From: Felis catus
Taxonomy: Eukaryota
NCBI RefSeq assembly: GCF_018350175.1
Contig: NC_058368.1
Location: forward strand, 36,830,001 to 36,894,000
Reading direction: 5' to 3'
Length of the DNA: 64,000 nucleotides
This document shows positions 50,177-63,600 of this stretch, piece after piece. The notes under the pieces are model-generated. The model did not search any database and was not told where the DNA came from. It worked only from the letters and a program-made list of their open reading frames with translations. How positions within the stretch are numbered: position 1 is the first letter of the stretch; every line of letters begins with the position of its first letter. Both the position numbers and the translations under genes were made by a program.

Positions 50177-50645
50177 TGTACTGGTTTCCTAGGGCTGCTA
50201 TAATGAAATGCCAAACACTGGGTGAATTAAAACAATAGAAATTGGTGGTCTCACAGTTTTGGAGTCTTGAAGTGTGAAAACAAGTGTTGGCAGGACCATG
50301 TTCTCTGTGACTGCTTTAGGGGACAGTCTTTTCTTGCCTCGTCTAGCCTTTAGAGTTTGCAGGCAAACCTTGGTGTTCCCTGGCTTGTAGAAGCACCACG
50401 CAGTCACCTGGCTGTCTTTTCCCTGTGGGTCTTCACATCATTTCCCTTCTGTTCATGTGTGTCTTTGTGTCCAGTTTCCTCTTACTAGAAAGATAACAGT
50501 CATTTTGGATCAGGGCCCAGGCTGATAACCTCATTTTAACTTGATTCCCTCTGGACTCTCTGTTACCAAATAAGGTCACTTTCTCTGGTAATAGGGGTTA
50601 CGACTTAACTGCATCTTTTTGGGGTACATGATTCAACCCATAACA
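50177..50645 (-). mobile_element. MLT1C-like solo LTR
   Basis: tgtactggtttcctagggctgct...attcaacccataaca, 5-bp TSD ccaac/ccaat. Confidence 0.88.
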
Positions 50646-53600
50646 CCAATCTTTGGAATTTTGCCTAATGACATCCTCTTCCTCTGCTTCTCAGATCCTC
50701 CTGCTAGCTGAAGAAAGGTTGGCATATTACCTGGCTTTCTCACTTAACATCTCTCTCATTTCAATAAGGAACTAGATATTTCCTTCCAATCTCCATACAA
50801 GTTTGTTATATCCTTGTTGCGTTAGTGGTTGTTAATGCTTGGTGTTGGAATCCCCTTAGAAACTTGTGTAATCATTCTGGGCTGTGATCTGGGAATAAGT
50901 TTTAAAAATGCGTCCAGGTGATTTAATACACAAATAATGCTGGAACCCTATACAGTAGGAATAGTCTTGAATTTATGCTGCATATTCTTTTGATACTTTG
51001 CTCTGAGATCATTATTTCCTCTTACAGTGTTTTCCCTTTTACATTCTAGAACCTTATGAAATGCTACAGCATATGTGTTTCAGCATATGAATAATAGTGA
51101 AGAGCCTTAGATAAATCACATGGGGAAGAAAAGATAATCAGACATGTAAGAAGAATCATGTTGGCTATGGGAGAAACATTTAAGTTCTAGTTAGGAGGAG
51201 GCCAAAACCAATTAATTTGCCTATTCCTTTAGAAATGGGCTTCTTTGAGATAAAGAGAAGGACAAACACATAAAATCAGGCTCTGCAGAGTGCTAGAGGT
51301 GTCAGATCAACAGGCCCGAGATAGTCCCATGAATCTGATAATGAGAGGGGAAAATAAAAAAGGAAGGTACATGTGCCTTCATAGTAAAATGTGAATGCTG
51401 AGGCTTGAGAGGGTTATTCTTTTTAAAAATAAGTGTATTTTAAGTTTATTGTGGCTTAGAGAATAAGAGTACTAATATACTTATATGCAAATAAATGAGC
51501 TCATTATGTATGAGGGGCTTATTGGGGTAATATAGTATACATTGTTTTCCATTTTGTTTCAACATTTATTTCCTCTTTTGAATGGGAATGAGTGTGTGTG
51601 TGTGTGTTTGTGTGTGTGTGTTTAAACACCTAAAGCTATCATTGTTTCAACACCCTAAAACTACCATGTTCCAATACTGTTTTAACTTTCCCTGCTTTCT
51701 ATACAGTTGATAAGGAATTAATATATTGGACCAAATAATATTACTATTTTGAAGTATTTGCCCAAGGCCATGAACATTAGATGTTCTGTTTTAACTGTGA
51801 CTTAGGAGAAGGCAGGTCTGAAAATGTAGGGTCAAGGTAGGAAAAAACCCTTCTCGGAACAATGGTTGAAACCTAGTTTTACTTGATTGATGAGCTAGAC
51901 TACTGTTGATGACTATCTAACATTCTTCACATCTCTATCCCAGGGCACATAACATGTTTATGTCAATTCTAGTCATAGTTCCTAAAGCTGTTATAAAAAT
52001 AACACTTGCAGACATTTAAGTTATGATTTACTTAAAGATACCCTTGCTCTCTGCGCAATACAATTTATTTAGTTTGGTTTGTTCTGAATTATTTTTAAGA
52101 TAATTCCATTGCAAAGGAGGATGCATTGGGAAGTCTTTTGATTAGATTCTAGAAAAAAAATAAGAGAGTGACTGACGAATTCCCCAAAAGGTATGTTAAT
52201 AAAATTTTGGAAAACCTCTGAAGGATTATATTCTCTAGAGAGATATGACCATCTATTGGACACATTAGCTTTTAAAGTCACTTTATTTTTAAGTTTAAAT
52301 AGAGATCTATGAAAAATGCTGTTTTGAATCCTGGAATTCAAATGCAACCTTTTCCATTGTTAATCTTTCTTGAAGTATAAAGAGATAAGAATAAAGAGGA
52401 AATTATTTCATCTTAAATTTAGCTCCATGTACTTTCTTTTTTCTTTTTAACTCACTTGCCTTTTATGGACACTGCCTAGGAACTATTATAGAGAATACAA
52501 AATAACTGTTTCATGTAGTTTTTACATATAGGAAACTAGAATACATGTGAAGTAACTATACATATAAAACACCATGTTTAGGAAAATGCTGCAGAGAGGG
52601 AATGTCATCAGTCTTAAATTAAGAATGTTAACTCCACGAAAGCAATAATCATGTTTACCTTGCTTATTTATGTTTTGACGGCACTTAACATAGTGCCTTA
52701 TGCATTGTGCATATTTAATAAATGTATCTGGATTGAATGAACAAGAAGCAAATTGGGATGAAGAGATTATAAATGTTCTGGGAAGGAGGATTGCAATTTG
52801 AATTGGAATGGAATGGAAAAGCTGCTAAAGACAATCCAGAAAAGCTGAAAATTAAAGTGGACCTTGAAGAACATTTAAGGTTTGAACAAAAATAGAGTGG
52901 AGTCTGTATGGGTATGTATATGTGTGGGTGCATGTGTGCTGCTGTGTATGTAGAAACAACGTGGAAAAAAAATCAAAGTGGCAGGTGTAGACATGTTGTG
53001 GACAGAGACAAAATAATCATGCATCAGTGGAAGATCTGGGGAGTTAAATAGGAAATAAAGCTGAATAGTTTGGGTAAAATCAATATACTGGCAAGCCTTG
53101 CTCTTCCATTTTGGAAGTTTAAGCTTTACACTAAATATGTATTTGTTACCATTGTCGGTTTTAGGAAGAAGTATTTATATTCTTAACATATTTGAAGTCT
53201 GAGTTGCTCATAAACAGAAAATGCTGTAAAAGAACGTTTGGCAAATATCTTTAAACTTTTCACTGCCTTAATTATGTAAGAATCATAGTTATTTTTTCCC
53301 AGCAATGTGAGAATTAGCATTTTGTTGTATATGTCATATACATATATAATTTATACTTATTATATATGTTTATTACATATGTATATTTTCTTTTTATTAT
53401 CAAGTAGTTTAGGAGATGATCCCTTGGCTCCAGATCAAGACCAAATGACCAATTAAGGGGCTTTTGCAGTCATGCTGGAAGCATCTAGTAAACTTGGGAC
53501 CAGGTAATGTAGAGGAAGTGGAAAAACAGGGAGAATGAATCAGCATAGTTTAATAACCAGAATAAGAAGTGGGAAGGATAAGAAGAAGCAAAATATTACT

Positions 53601-54374
53601 CCAAAGTTTTGATATTGGGTGCTGAGGAAATGGTGGCTTCATTCTTCCTCTTACTATCATATCTAAATTTTCTTTCCTCTCTGCTTGGATGATTTGGTCA
53701 GTGTTTCCTGCCTGCCTGCCTTTCTCCTAAGGTTCCTTCTATTTCCTGTCTGGGTAGGGTGTCTGTCTTACATGATCTTACAGTATCCTTTGCAGGTTAA
53801 TGTGATAACACTCATCACACTGATTATAAATATTTGCTTATATCTGTCTTCTGTACTGCATTCGTTCAGTGTAAAGGTTAAGTATTTCTAGTGTCTAATA
53901 CTAGTTATTGTGTGGTAAGGTGTAAGTTGAATTAATGAGCTTTTTTTTTTTTTTTTTTTTTTTTGCAATAATTCCTATGCTAGGACTTGGATATATAGTA
54001 CCTAGAAATTCAGTTGTAAAAAGTTCTACCGTGCCGAAGATTTCTAACCTCTTCTCTTTTTTGTTGTAATTTGTGTAACACTATTTCAGCTTTAAATGAT
54101 ATATTAGGTTTACAGTGGAACGAGAGGAACATTTAAAGTTTTTTATTTTTTTCTTTAGGGTTCTGTGAAATCTCAGAACAGAGAAATGCTAAAGATAATG
54201 GCTGCCACCAAATTTCTAGATTTTCAATGGTCACTTTGGTCTTTTATTTCTGAGCTATCTGGAAAATTCAGATATAGCCTCCAACATACTGAATATTTAC
54301 ACTTCAGGGAGCACTGGTGAGAGTGAGGTATGAAATAATGAACTAAGAAGCTCATATGTAAGTATCTTATTTTA

Positions 54375-54588
54375 AATTTTTTTTTTTAAGTTTATTTATT
54401 TTTGGGACAGAGAGATACAGAGCATGAACGGGGAAGGGGCAGAGAGAGAGGGAGACACAGAATCGGAAACAGGCTCCAGGCTCTGAGCCATCAGCCCAGA
54501 GCCTGACGCGGGGCTCGAACTCACGGACCGCAAGATCGTGACCTGGCTGAAGTCGGACGCTTAACCGACTGCGCCACCCAGGCGCCCC
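54375..54588 (-). mobile_element. Young felid SINE (SINEC_Fc-like)
   Basis: 18-bp TSD tgtaagtatcttatttta. Confidence 0.97.
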
Positions 54589-55059
54589 TGTAAGTATCTT
54601 ATTTTAGATAGTATAGATTTTTTAAAAAAGCATGTCCCTTTCCTTGAATTCTTAAATAGTATTTTATTTGCCTGAGCTTCAGCTAAAAATGAGGATAACA
54701 GCTGTTATATTAAGACATTAAAGATTCTGTATGTTTAATCTCTATGTGTATGACATTTATGTTGCTAAACTAATTCGAGAGCTTTTCTTTCTAAAATAAA
54801 TTGCTAACATGGAATGTATTATGAGTAAAGAAATCCAAACATTACAGAGACAGATTTTAGGGACAGTATTGTTGACTATGGAAGGAATATACAAGATACC
54901 AGATTTGCCATTGGCTAGTTTTTGACCTTGAAGATCGTTGTTTTTTTTTTTTTTTTTTTTCTCTTCTCTCTCTGGGTCTCAAGTTTTTATCTCTGAATGG
55001 ATATGTAATTAATTTTGTTGTTTGCTTGTTTCCAAGCAGGGATATTAACAAGTTCTTTT

Positions 55060-55272
55060 AATTTTTTAATGTTTATTTATTTATTTTTAGAGACAGAGTG
55101 AAAGCACAAGCCAGGGAGGGACAGAGAGAGAGGAGAAAGGGAGAATCCCAAGCAGGATCTGTGCTGTCAGGGCAGAGCCCAAAACAGTGCTCTACCTCAT
55201 GAAACATGAGATCATGACCTGAGCCGAAATCAAGAGTCAGACACTTAACTAACTGAGCCACCCTGGCTCCCC
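55060..55272 (-). mobile_element. CanSINE (older)
   Basis: Core and head; flanking aacaa(g/a)ttcttt. Confidence 0.92.
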
Positions 55273-55280
55273 AACAAATT

Positions 55281-55512
55281 CTTTTTTTTTTTTTTTAATT
55301 TTTTTTTTCAACGTTTATTTATTTTTGGGACAGAGAGAGACAGAGCATGAACGGGGGAGGGGCAGAGAGAGAGGGAGACACAGAACCGGAAACAGGCTCC
55401 AGGCTCTGAGCCATCAGCCCAGAGCCTGACGCGGGGCTCGAACTCCCGGGACCGCGAGATCGTGACCTGGCTGAAGTCAGATGCTTAACCAACTGCGCCA
55501 CCCAGGCGCCCC
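55281..55512 (-). mobile_element. Young felid SINE (SINEC_Fc-like)
   Basis: TSD ccaacaaatt. Confidence 0.97.
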
Positions 55513-55667
55513 TCCAACAAATTATTTTTAATGTAACTTATGAACAATGCAAATTTTCTCAATAGGAAATATTTACTATTATCAGTTTATGAAGAAGTAT
55601 TGATATTCTTAACATATTTGAAATTTAGGTTGCCCATAGATAGAAACTACTTTAGAAAAGGTTTGGA

Positions 55668-55888
55668 AGGGGCCCTGGGTGGCTCATCTGGTTGAGCATC
55701 TGAGTCTCAATTGAGGCTCAGGTCATGATCTCACCATTTGTGGGTTCTAGCCCGTATTGGACTCTGTGCTGAGGGCGTGGAGCCTGCTTGGGATTCTGTC
55801 TCCCTCTCTCCCTCTGCCTCTACCCCTACTCCACTCATGCATGTTCTTTCTCTCTCAAAGTAAATAAATAAATATTTAAAAAAATAAA
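55668..55888 (+). mobile_element. CanSINE
   Basis: Head, CT tract, tail. Confidence 0.92.
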
Positions 55889-56053
55889 TGTTTTGGCAAA
55901 TAGCTTTATACTTTTTGCTGCCTCAATTATATAAGATCCATAGTCTTTATTTTTCCCCAATGATATAATTATAATTAGCATGTTGTTATATAAATTATCC
56001 AATAAGTAGAAACATGGCATTTCTTTTTTGTATCTTAAGACTTATTACATTTT

Positions 56054-56259
56054 TTTTTTTTTTTTTTTTTTTTTGGGACAGAGAGAGACAGAGCATGAAC
56101 GGGGGAGGGTCAGAGAGAGAGGGAGACACAGAATCGGAAACAGGCTCCAGGCTCCGAGCCATCAGCCCAGAGCCTGATGCGGGGCTCGAACTCACGGACC
56201 GCGAGATCGTGACCTGGCTGAAGTCGGACGCTTAACCGACTGCGCCACCCAGGCGCCCC
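56054..56259 (-). mobile_element. Young felid SINE (SINEC_Fc-like)
   Basis: 17-bp TSD aagacttattacatttt, long pure T run. Confidence 0.97.
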
Positions 56260-56454
56260 AAGACTTATTACATTTTAAGTCAATTTTCCAAAGATTTTTC
56301 TTCACCAGCCTCTTATATTCTGCCATAAGATAAAAATTCTGAATTGAGGTTTTTGTTTGTTTGTTTGTTTGTTTTTGTCAACATGTATTACCTGTAATGT
56401 TAAACAGCTAATTACTTCAAAGACATTATTTTTGGTAAAGAAATGCTTATCCAC

Positions 56455-57975
56455 CCATAATTATTTATTGAGTGTCTGCTAGGCATTTTTGTAGATCCTG
56501 GAGTCATAATCATTGATAGACAAGGTTTCTGCCCTTCTGAAGCTGACATTCCAATAAGAAGAGAGTAAAAACAATTTTTTGGGGGGGGCGCCTGGGTGGC
56601 GCAGTCGGTTAAACGTCCGACTTCAGCCAGGTCACGATCTCGCGGTCCGTGAGTTTGAGCCCCGCGTTGGGCTCTGGGCTGATGGCTCAGAGCCTGGAGC
56701 CTGTTTCCGATTCTGTGTCTCCCTCTCTCTCTGCCCCTTGCCCGTTCATGCTCTGTCTCTCTCTGTCCCAAAAATAAATAAACGTTGAAAAAAAATTATT
56801 AAAAAAAAACCAAAACAATTTTTTTTTGGAAAAATAGTGGTAGGTGCATAGAGAAAATTAAACAGTTAAGGATATTACTGAAAATTTAAATAGGGGAGTC
56901 ATGAAAAGCACCTCTATAAAGAGAGAAGGGGTTGTAGGAATGAGGTCTGTAGACATTTGAAGAAAGAACAGCTGGGGTAGGAGTCCCAGCAAAGGCAAAA
57001 CTCTCAGGCAGAAGCATGCCTGGAATGCTCCAAGAAGTGCAAGATCCATCTGGCAGAATTGGAAGAAGTAATTTTGAGAAGAATTGTGGAAAGGCAAATT
57101 ATGTGCTGTTGTAAAGAATTTGGCTTTAATTTGAAATGAAATGAGAAGCCACTGGATAGTTGTGAGCAGAGTAATGGCATGATCTGTCTTGAGTTTTGCT
57201 AGGATAATTGTGGCTTCCTGTTGAGAAGAGACTGTGCAAGGGTAAGGGTGGAGGGACAGACACCAGCTAGGAGGCTAATGTAGTGATCTAGGCAAGAAGA
57301 ATCCTGCTTGGACTAGAATGACAGCAGTGGAGATTACAAATGGTAGAGTTCTGGATAGATTTTGAAAGTGGAGCAAAATGGATTTGATAGATACAATTCA
57401 GTGGAACAGAGAGAAAAAAGAGACAAAGATGACTCTTAGATTTTGCCCTAAACAATTGGAAGACATCATTAACTGAGGTGGAGAAAATGGAGGGAAAAGC
57501 AATTTTGGAGGGAAAATCAAGAGCTCATTTTGAGATGTCTATTATAGTCTAGGTGGAATTAATTAAATAGGAATTTGGATAGTATAGGCCAGAGATATAT
57601 AAATTTGGCAGTTGCATAATGTTGATATTTTAAATTTAAGATTGGATAAGATCACCAAAAGAGTGAAAGTATTTGGAATGAAAGGTGGAGAGGTTCTTTT
57701 GAGGCATTCTAATTCTGAGAATTAGAGAAAATGAGAAGTAATCAACAGGATGAGGCCAGGGGAATGAAGGGTTCTGAAAGGTAATTGTAGAATCAGGTAT
57801 TTTAACGGGCATTAAATGCTTCTGCTAGGTCAAGTAAGATGAGACCCAAGAGTTGGCCATTGGAATTAGAATTTGGAAATCACTGTGGTAGAGTGATGAG
57901 GGCAGAAGTATGATCATAGTAGGTTCCAAAGAGAATAGAAGGAAATGAATTGAAGACAAATAACTCAGGGAAATT
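56455..57975 (-). mobile_element. Long L2 fragment interrupted by a SINE
   Basis: atttattgagtgtct terminus, gagaagccactgga...gcatgatctg, ggtcaagtaagatgagac. Confidence 0.8.
56585..56811 (+). mobile_element. Young felid SINE (SINEC_Fc-like)
   Basis: A-box tggcgcagtcgg, TSD aaaacaatttttt. Confidence 0.97.
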
Positions 57976-58196
57976 ATCAGATAATTTTTTATTGTAATTT
58001 TTAAATCCTATGTATAAAATGTTAATAAAAATTAGTTACTAGTATTTTTAACTTATTGCAGTGTTTATCTTCATGTGACTGTTCTAACTTTCAAAGGAAT
58101 CATTTTACGCAGCTTTACTTCCTTTTCAAGGGTACTTCCACTGACCAAACTGATTTTGAAACATATTTTTTTTGCATTCCTAGAAAAAAAGAATCT

Positions 58197-58252
58197 TTAT
58201 TTTATTATATTTTTTAGACAGACAGAGAGGGAAGAGTGGGGGGGGGGAGAGG

Positions 58253-58302
<50 letters not shown>

Positions 58303-58424
58303 CCCAAGCAGGCCCCGTGCTCAGCACAGAACTGAATGAAGGCTTGATCCCATGACCGTGGGATCAGGACCTGAGCTGAAATCAAGAGTCAGATGCTTAA
58401 CCAACTGAGCCACCCAGGAACCCC
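58197..58424 (-). mobile_element. CanSINE
   Basis: Flanking agaatcttt repeat, long (GA)n. Confidence 0.93.
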
Positions 58425-58834
58425 AGAGAATCTTTGAAATAAAAAGAACTTAAGATATCATCTCTACCAACTCATTTTGTTAAGTTTTTCCTTCTACTTT
58501 CTGATTCCTATTTACATCGCACTCATAATTATTGAGGAAGAATTCAACAAATCAGATAATTATTTTTTTAATTCACATCTTAATGGAGATAAGTGAGTAA
58601 AAGGGGGTTTTGAGTGCTTTAATTTCATTTTCATTCTCATCCTCATCGATGCTTCTTAAATGTGGCCATTAACATGTTAGAGTTCACAACACAATTTTCC
58701 AAGATAAACCACAAATAAATGACTAAAGTGACATTATGGGTATCTGGAAATGGGGAGGAAGCCATACCCTTCAGCACTGCTCTTTTCTCAGATTCCCAAG
58801 AACCCTAAAGGGGACATTAGAAGAAGGAACTCTA

Positions 58835-59044
58835 GGGGTGCCTGGGTGGCTCAGTCAGTTAACGGTCTGACTTCGGCTCAGGTAATGATCTTGCAGTTTG
58901 TGGGTTCGAGCCCCGCGTCGGGCTCTGTGCTGACAGCTCAGAGCCTGGAGCCTGCTTCAGATTCTGTGTCTCCCTCTCTCCTGCTCACATTCTGTCTGTC
59001 TTTCTCTCTCTCTCGCAAGATTAAATAAACATTAAAAACAAAAA
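58835..59044 (+). mobile_element. CanSINE
   Basis: TSD agaagaaggaa(c/t)tct. Confidence 0.95.
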
Positions 59045-59220
59045 AGAAGAAGGAATTCTCATTATCCACAGATATTTTGGTATTGTGTAGATACAAATTG
59101 ATGATAGAAAGTGGGTAAGAAAATATGAAAATATATTTATTCATGAATATATGCAAGTAAAATTAAGAATACATTTCTCATAAGATTCTCTAGTTTTAGT
59201 ACATATAAAATTATCTTTTT

Positions 59221-59366
59221 GGGGTTCCTGGATGGCTCAATCAGTTAAGCATCCAACTTGGACTCCAGTTATGATCTTGCAATTCATGGGTATAAGCAAC
59301 ATATTGGGCTCTCTGCTCCTCCCCCTCTCACTGTCCCTCTCAAAAATAAATAAACATTAAAAAAAA
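59221..59366 (+). mobile_element. CanSINE with internal deletion
   Basis: Head and tail, shortened core. Confidence 0.88.
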
Positions 59367-60059
59367 TAAACTGCAATGATACAACATGGCTTTAAATTAA
59401 GAAACATGCTGTTGAAATTATATTTGTAAAATGAATAGATGCTTCCTGTTGTTTTCATTCTCACTTCCCTCACCCATTCTATTTTAGATCAGAACATATC
59501 TATCCTTTGATTTTATTAATTCTTATATATTGCTGTTCTGGATTATAATATGCATTTTGAAACTAAATTGGGATTTACTAAAAATAGCATTTTAATATCT
59601 TTTGCAGTTCCTCAAACATCTGTCAGATGCCTTGTACACACAGATTTTATGTCAGATCCATGTATAAGATTGCTTTTGATTGACATGAAAGATTTTTGTA
59701 CTTGATTTGAAATCATTTTATTACTATATTCAGGCTTTTTAAAAGTCTGGGATGAAATGAATAGTTTTACATCTAGTTTTAATATTCTTCACATTTTTTT
59801 TCATATTAGCTGAGATCTAATGTTTGCATGTAATTAAAAACTTTATTAATATGCTTCACAATTTTACTTTTTGTTTTACTGTGGATCTGAGATTTGAAGG
59901 CAGATTCTTGCTAATACCTCTTTCCAGAGACTCCTGAAAGCCATGGGAAGAGAAATAGAAATTCTTCCAATTATCATGGTAGCTTTTGAAGAGGATAATC
60001 TTGTTGGATAGGTAGTGGTAGGATAGGATTTCTTGACACTTTGTTAGGGTTAAATGGAG

Positions 60060-62590
60060 CTACATGACTTCATTCTGGCCATAGTGGATCAGCCTGTACC
60101 AGACTTCCCTTCCTGCCTGTAACTGTAAGGCTAAGCAAAATGTATAAACCAACTGTTTCAAGATTTTTGAGATAAGAGAAAAACTTGAGAGGTCTCTTTG
60201 TAAAGTCTGAATAGAACACATCCCCTAGCAAATCACAGGAAGATAGACTCCAAACAAAGCATAGCGGCTTTAGTGAGCAAAGGAGGCAGATGTTAGAGTT
60301 GGGTTGGCTGAAATGGCTTATATTTGGAAAGTCCTAGATAGGACGGAGTTCTGCAGAAGGGAGCATCCATGAGGGTTATATTTTAAGTTCTTGGCCAAAG
60401 GCTAAGGTGCCCATTTACAGGGTACATTTCTATGTGTTCTAACCAACAGTAGTTGCTGGTAGCCTGAGAGCAGAAGCGAGATACCAGAAGTTGTTGGAGT
60501 TACAAAGTAGCCAGAGTACTCTTTCAGAACTCTTTCAGAGTTCCCTGGGCATCTATTTGAAACTCCAGAAATGCCACATGTTTGAAGAAAGGACAACATA
60601 CTACTGTGTGGATAGGATTAAAGATAAACTTAAGATAGTTGCAAAGAATAGAACGAAATCTGACATGATTAAAAAGAGCCACCAGGAATTTAACTGGCAC
60701 CAACAACAATCTCAACTGCCTTTAAAGGATCTTTCAAGGAGTCAATACAATCCATATTCCATACAGTGTTCAACATATAATAAAAAAAAAAAGAAACCCA
60801 GATTTACTTAAAAATTCAATTAAAAGGAAAACTCAAAAATGGGCAGAAGACTTGAACAGACACTTTACAAAAGAAAATGCTTGGATGGCCAACCAACACA
60901 TAAAAGTACACTTAATCTAACTGGTCATTAGGAAAATGCAAAATAAAATCACAATGAAATACCATTTTATACCAAGTAGAATGACTGAAATTAAAAAGAC
61001 TGTAAATATCAAATTTAGAGGAAACCAGATTGCTCATACATTGCTGATGGGAATATAAAATGATATAACTGTATTGGAAAATTGCTGTGTGGTTTCTTAT
61101 GAAGTAAATCATATCTATTCTGTAACACAATAATTCTACTTTTAGGTAAACATCCAGGAGAAATGGTAATTTATCTCCATACAAATATTGATGCACAAAC
61201 GTTTGTAGAAGCTTTAAACCAGTAGCTAAATTCTGTAAAAAGAAAAATCAAAACATTTACCAACTAGAGAATGGATCAACATATTGGTATATTGAAACAA
61301 TAGAATACTACTCGATTTAAAAAATGAACACAAAACCATCGATGAATCTCAAAAAAAATATTAGGCAAGTCTGTTTTCATCCATGAGGGAATAGGCTACA
61401 GAACTATCTTGTCAGGGTAAATAAACTAAAAATAGTTCTTTCTCCATATTGCAGCATAGGACTATGATTCCTGAGAGAAGGGACATGAAAAAGGTAAGCC
61501 TTCCAAATCGACTGGAGGCAGTTTTTGCCTGCAGGCAATTTTCGTTCTGTTGTACAGGTAGTGAAAAAACAACCGGAGCTTGGCAGTTTTGCATGGTTGA
61601 TGAGAGAAAGGTCCGAATTTGTAGAGACCAAGATGGCTGAAATTTGTGGGGTCAAATAGTGAACAGAAGGCAGCTGCAGAAAGAAAAGCACCTAGAAATC
61701 TACAGAAGCATACCCTTAAATCTTTAATTGCATCCATACATGCCTAGGGTACAACTCTAGAGGTCAGGAAAAGAACAACCTCCAAAAAAGAATGAATTCT
61801 GAGGAAGAAAGTGTATTAACTGGACAATTTCACTGAATGGGATTAAGAGTAGGTTAGACTTTCAGTTAAAGTGATCAGTGAAAAAAAATCTGTCAACCTA
61901 AAATTCTAGACCCAGAGAAGTATTTTTCAAAAATGAAAGTTAATTATAATTTTTCTTCAGACGAAGAAAATTTAAGCTGACAGAATTCACTGGCAGCCAA
62001 CTTACACTACAAGAATTTTTTATCTTTAAATTTCTTCAAGCAGAAAGAAAATAATACCAGGTAAAAAGTTGAATCTATACACGGGCCAGAAGAAAATAGA
62101 AATGGTAAATATATAGGTAAAAGAGACATCGGCATTATTGTAAAAATACCTTAAAAGATAATTGACAGTTAAAAGCATAAATAATAATGTATTATGGAGT
62201 TTCTAACATATTTTTGGTTTTTTTAGTATTCACCTTTATTAATTTTCTCCAGAGTATTCTGGCCCAGAGATACGGTTCTTATTAAATACTGCACAGTGAA
62301 TAATAAAAGTGTTGCTGCTCACCTTATCTTGTCCCAGGAGAAGTATGATTACCTCTGCAATGAGGTAATGGAAGTGAAGTCATATGTCCTACAAAAGTAG
62401 CTAGATATTCTATGGATGAGGGATGAAGAAAAATGATTTTTCTCTGCTTATAAAGAGGAAAAGAGATTAATACCCCATTAAGAGATGGGGTGTTGGTATG
62501 GACATATCCTCTATATAATAGACTTCTGTGGAACTGTACACTTAAAATCTGTGCATTTCATTGCATGCAAATTTTATCTTAACAAAAAGT
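60060..62590 (+). mobile_element. Mosaic of ancient L1M fragments
   Basis: aaatgggcagaagacttgaacagacac (ORF2 end, 60810-61360), caacctaaaattctagacccag (ORF1 end), tacacttaaaatctgtgcattt (3' end). Confidence 0.7.
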
Positions 62591-63199
62591 AGCTAGAAAA
62601 CAGAAAGCTTTATTTAACTTTTATTTCTAAGTAAATAAGTAATAGGGAGTTTTCTATCTAATGGTTTATAAGGAGAATTTATGGACCTAAGAATTTTTTT
62701 CTTTTACTGTGTAATAAAAGACATCATTATATATTTCACATTTCTGTTACTGATTCTAAGTCCTTGACTGGTATTTTAAATATTTGCAAGGATTGTCGTG
62801 TCTCTAACAATATGGTAAAACATAGATTTTGAACTTTAACATGGCAAAAATGGTCATTGAAATATCAAATACAGTCACAACAACAAAAGTCAACTTGTTA
62901 GTCACTTTGATGAAGAGTTTTTCAATAATGGCCTTATGGGTCGGTGAGAAGAATGGAAGAAGAATGGGGGGATAGAACTTCCCCCTTGTTCTATCCTGTA
63001 TCATGCTTTTGGGTAGACACAATGTCTGTGTATAAAATATATATTGAAAACATACAGTTGTAACCATGCCATATCAATAGCACATGTTTCTTTCCCAATG
63101 ACTTCTTACCATGCTCTGGATAAAGTCTACTTCTCATGATGAATATGAACTCAATTCTGCTTTCTCTTCTTCCTAGCCCTCCCAATATTCCCATCCCTC

Positions 63200-63600
63200 T
63201 ATTGAATTGTTTCATGGCATGCTAATTTCTTCCAGTATGCTTTTTTTTATAAGATGTTTAAAAAAATATCTATGACTCCCCTATTTCTTGTCCACGTGAC
63301 AAATCCGAAATATGTTTTAATTCTCAGACCAAAGGTCATTTCATTGAAGAATTATGTAATCCTCTCTTGACATAGGCAAAAAGTTAAATATGCTTTTATC
63401 TATGTCCATTATAGTGTCTTGCACATATCTCTTCTAAGCAGCTAGTGTTTTATTTCAGTCTTTGCTTATTTATCTGCCCTCATGCTCAGCCCTGAGCACC
63501 ATGAAGATGAATCTTCACTGTATCCTTTTTTTCAGTAGCACCTATATAATTTCACACATTTAATATCTATAGCTAGACAATGTATACATTAGATTTTCAT
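63200..63600 (+). mobile_element. L2 fragment
   Basis: ctgagcaccatgaag...tagcacctatataa degenerate L2 3' end. Confidence 0.4.

Noticed and set aside
59590..59670. tttgcag acceptor with a short open frame
   Set aside because: Only a weak donor follows
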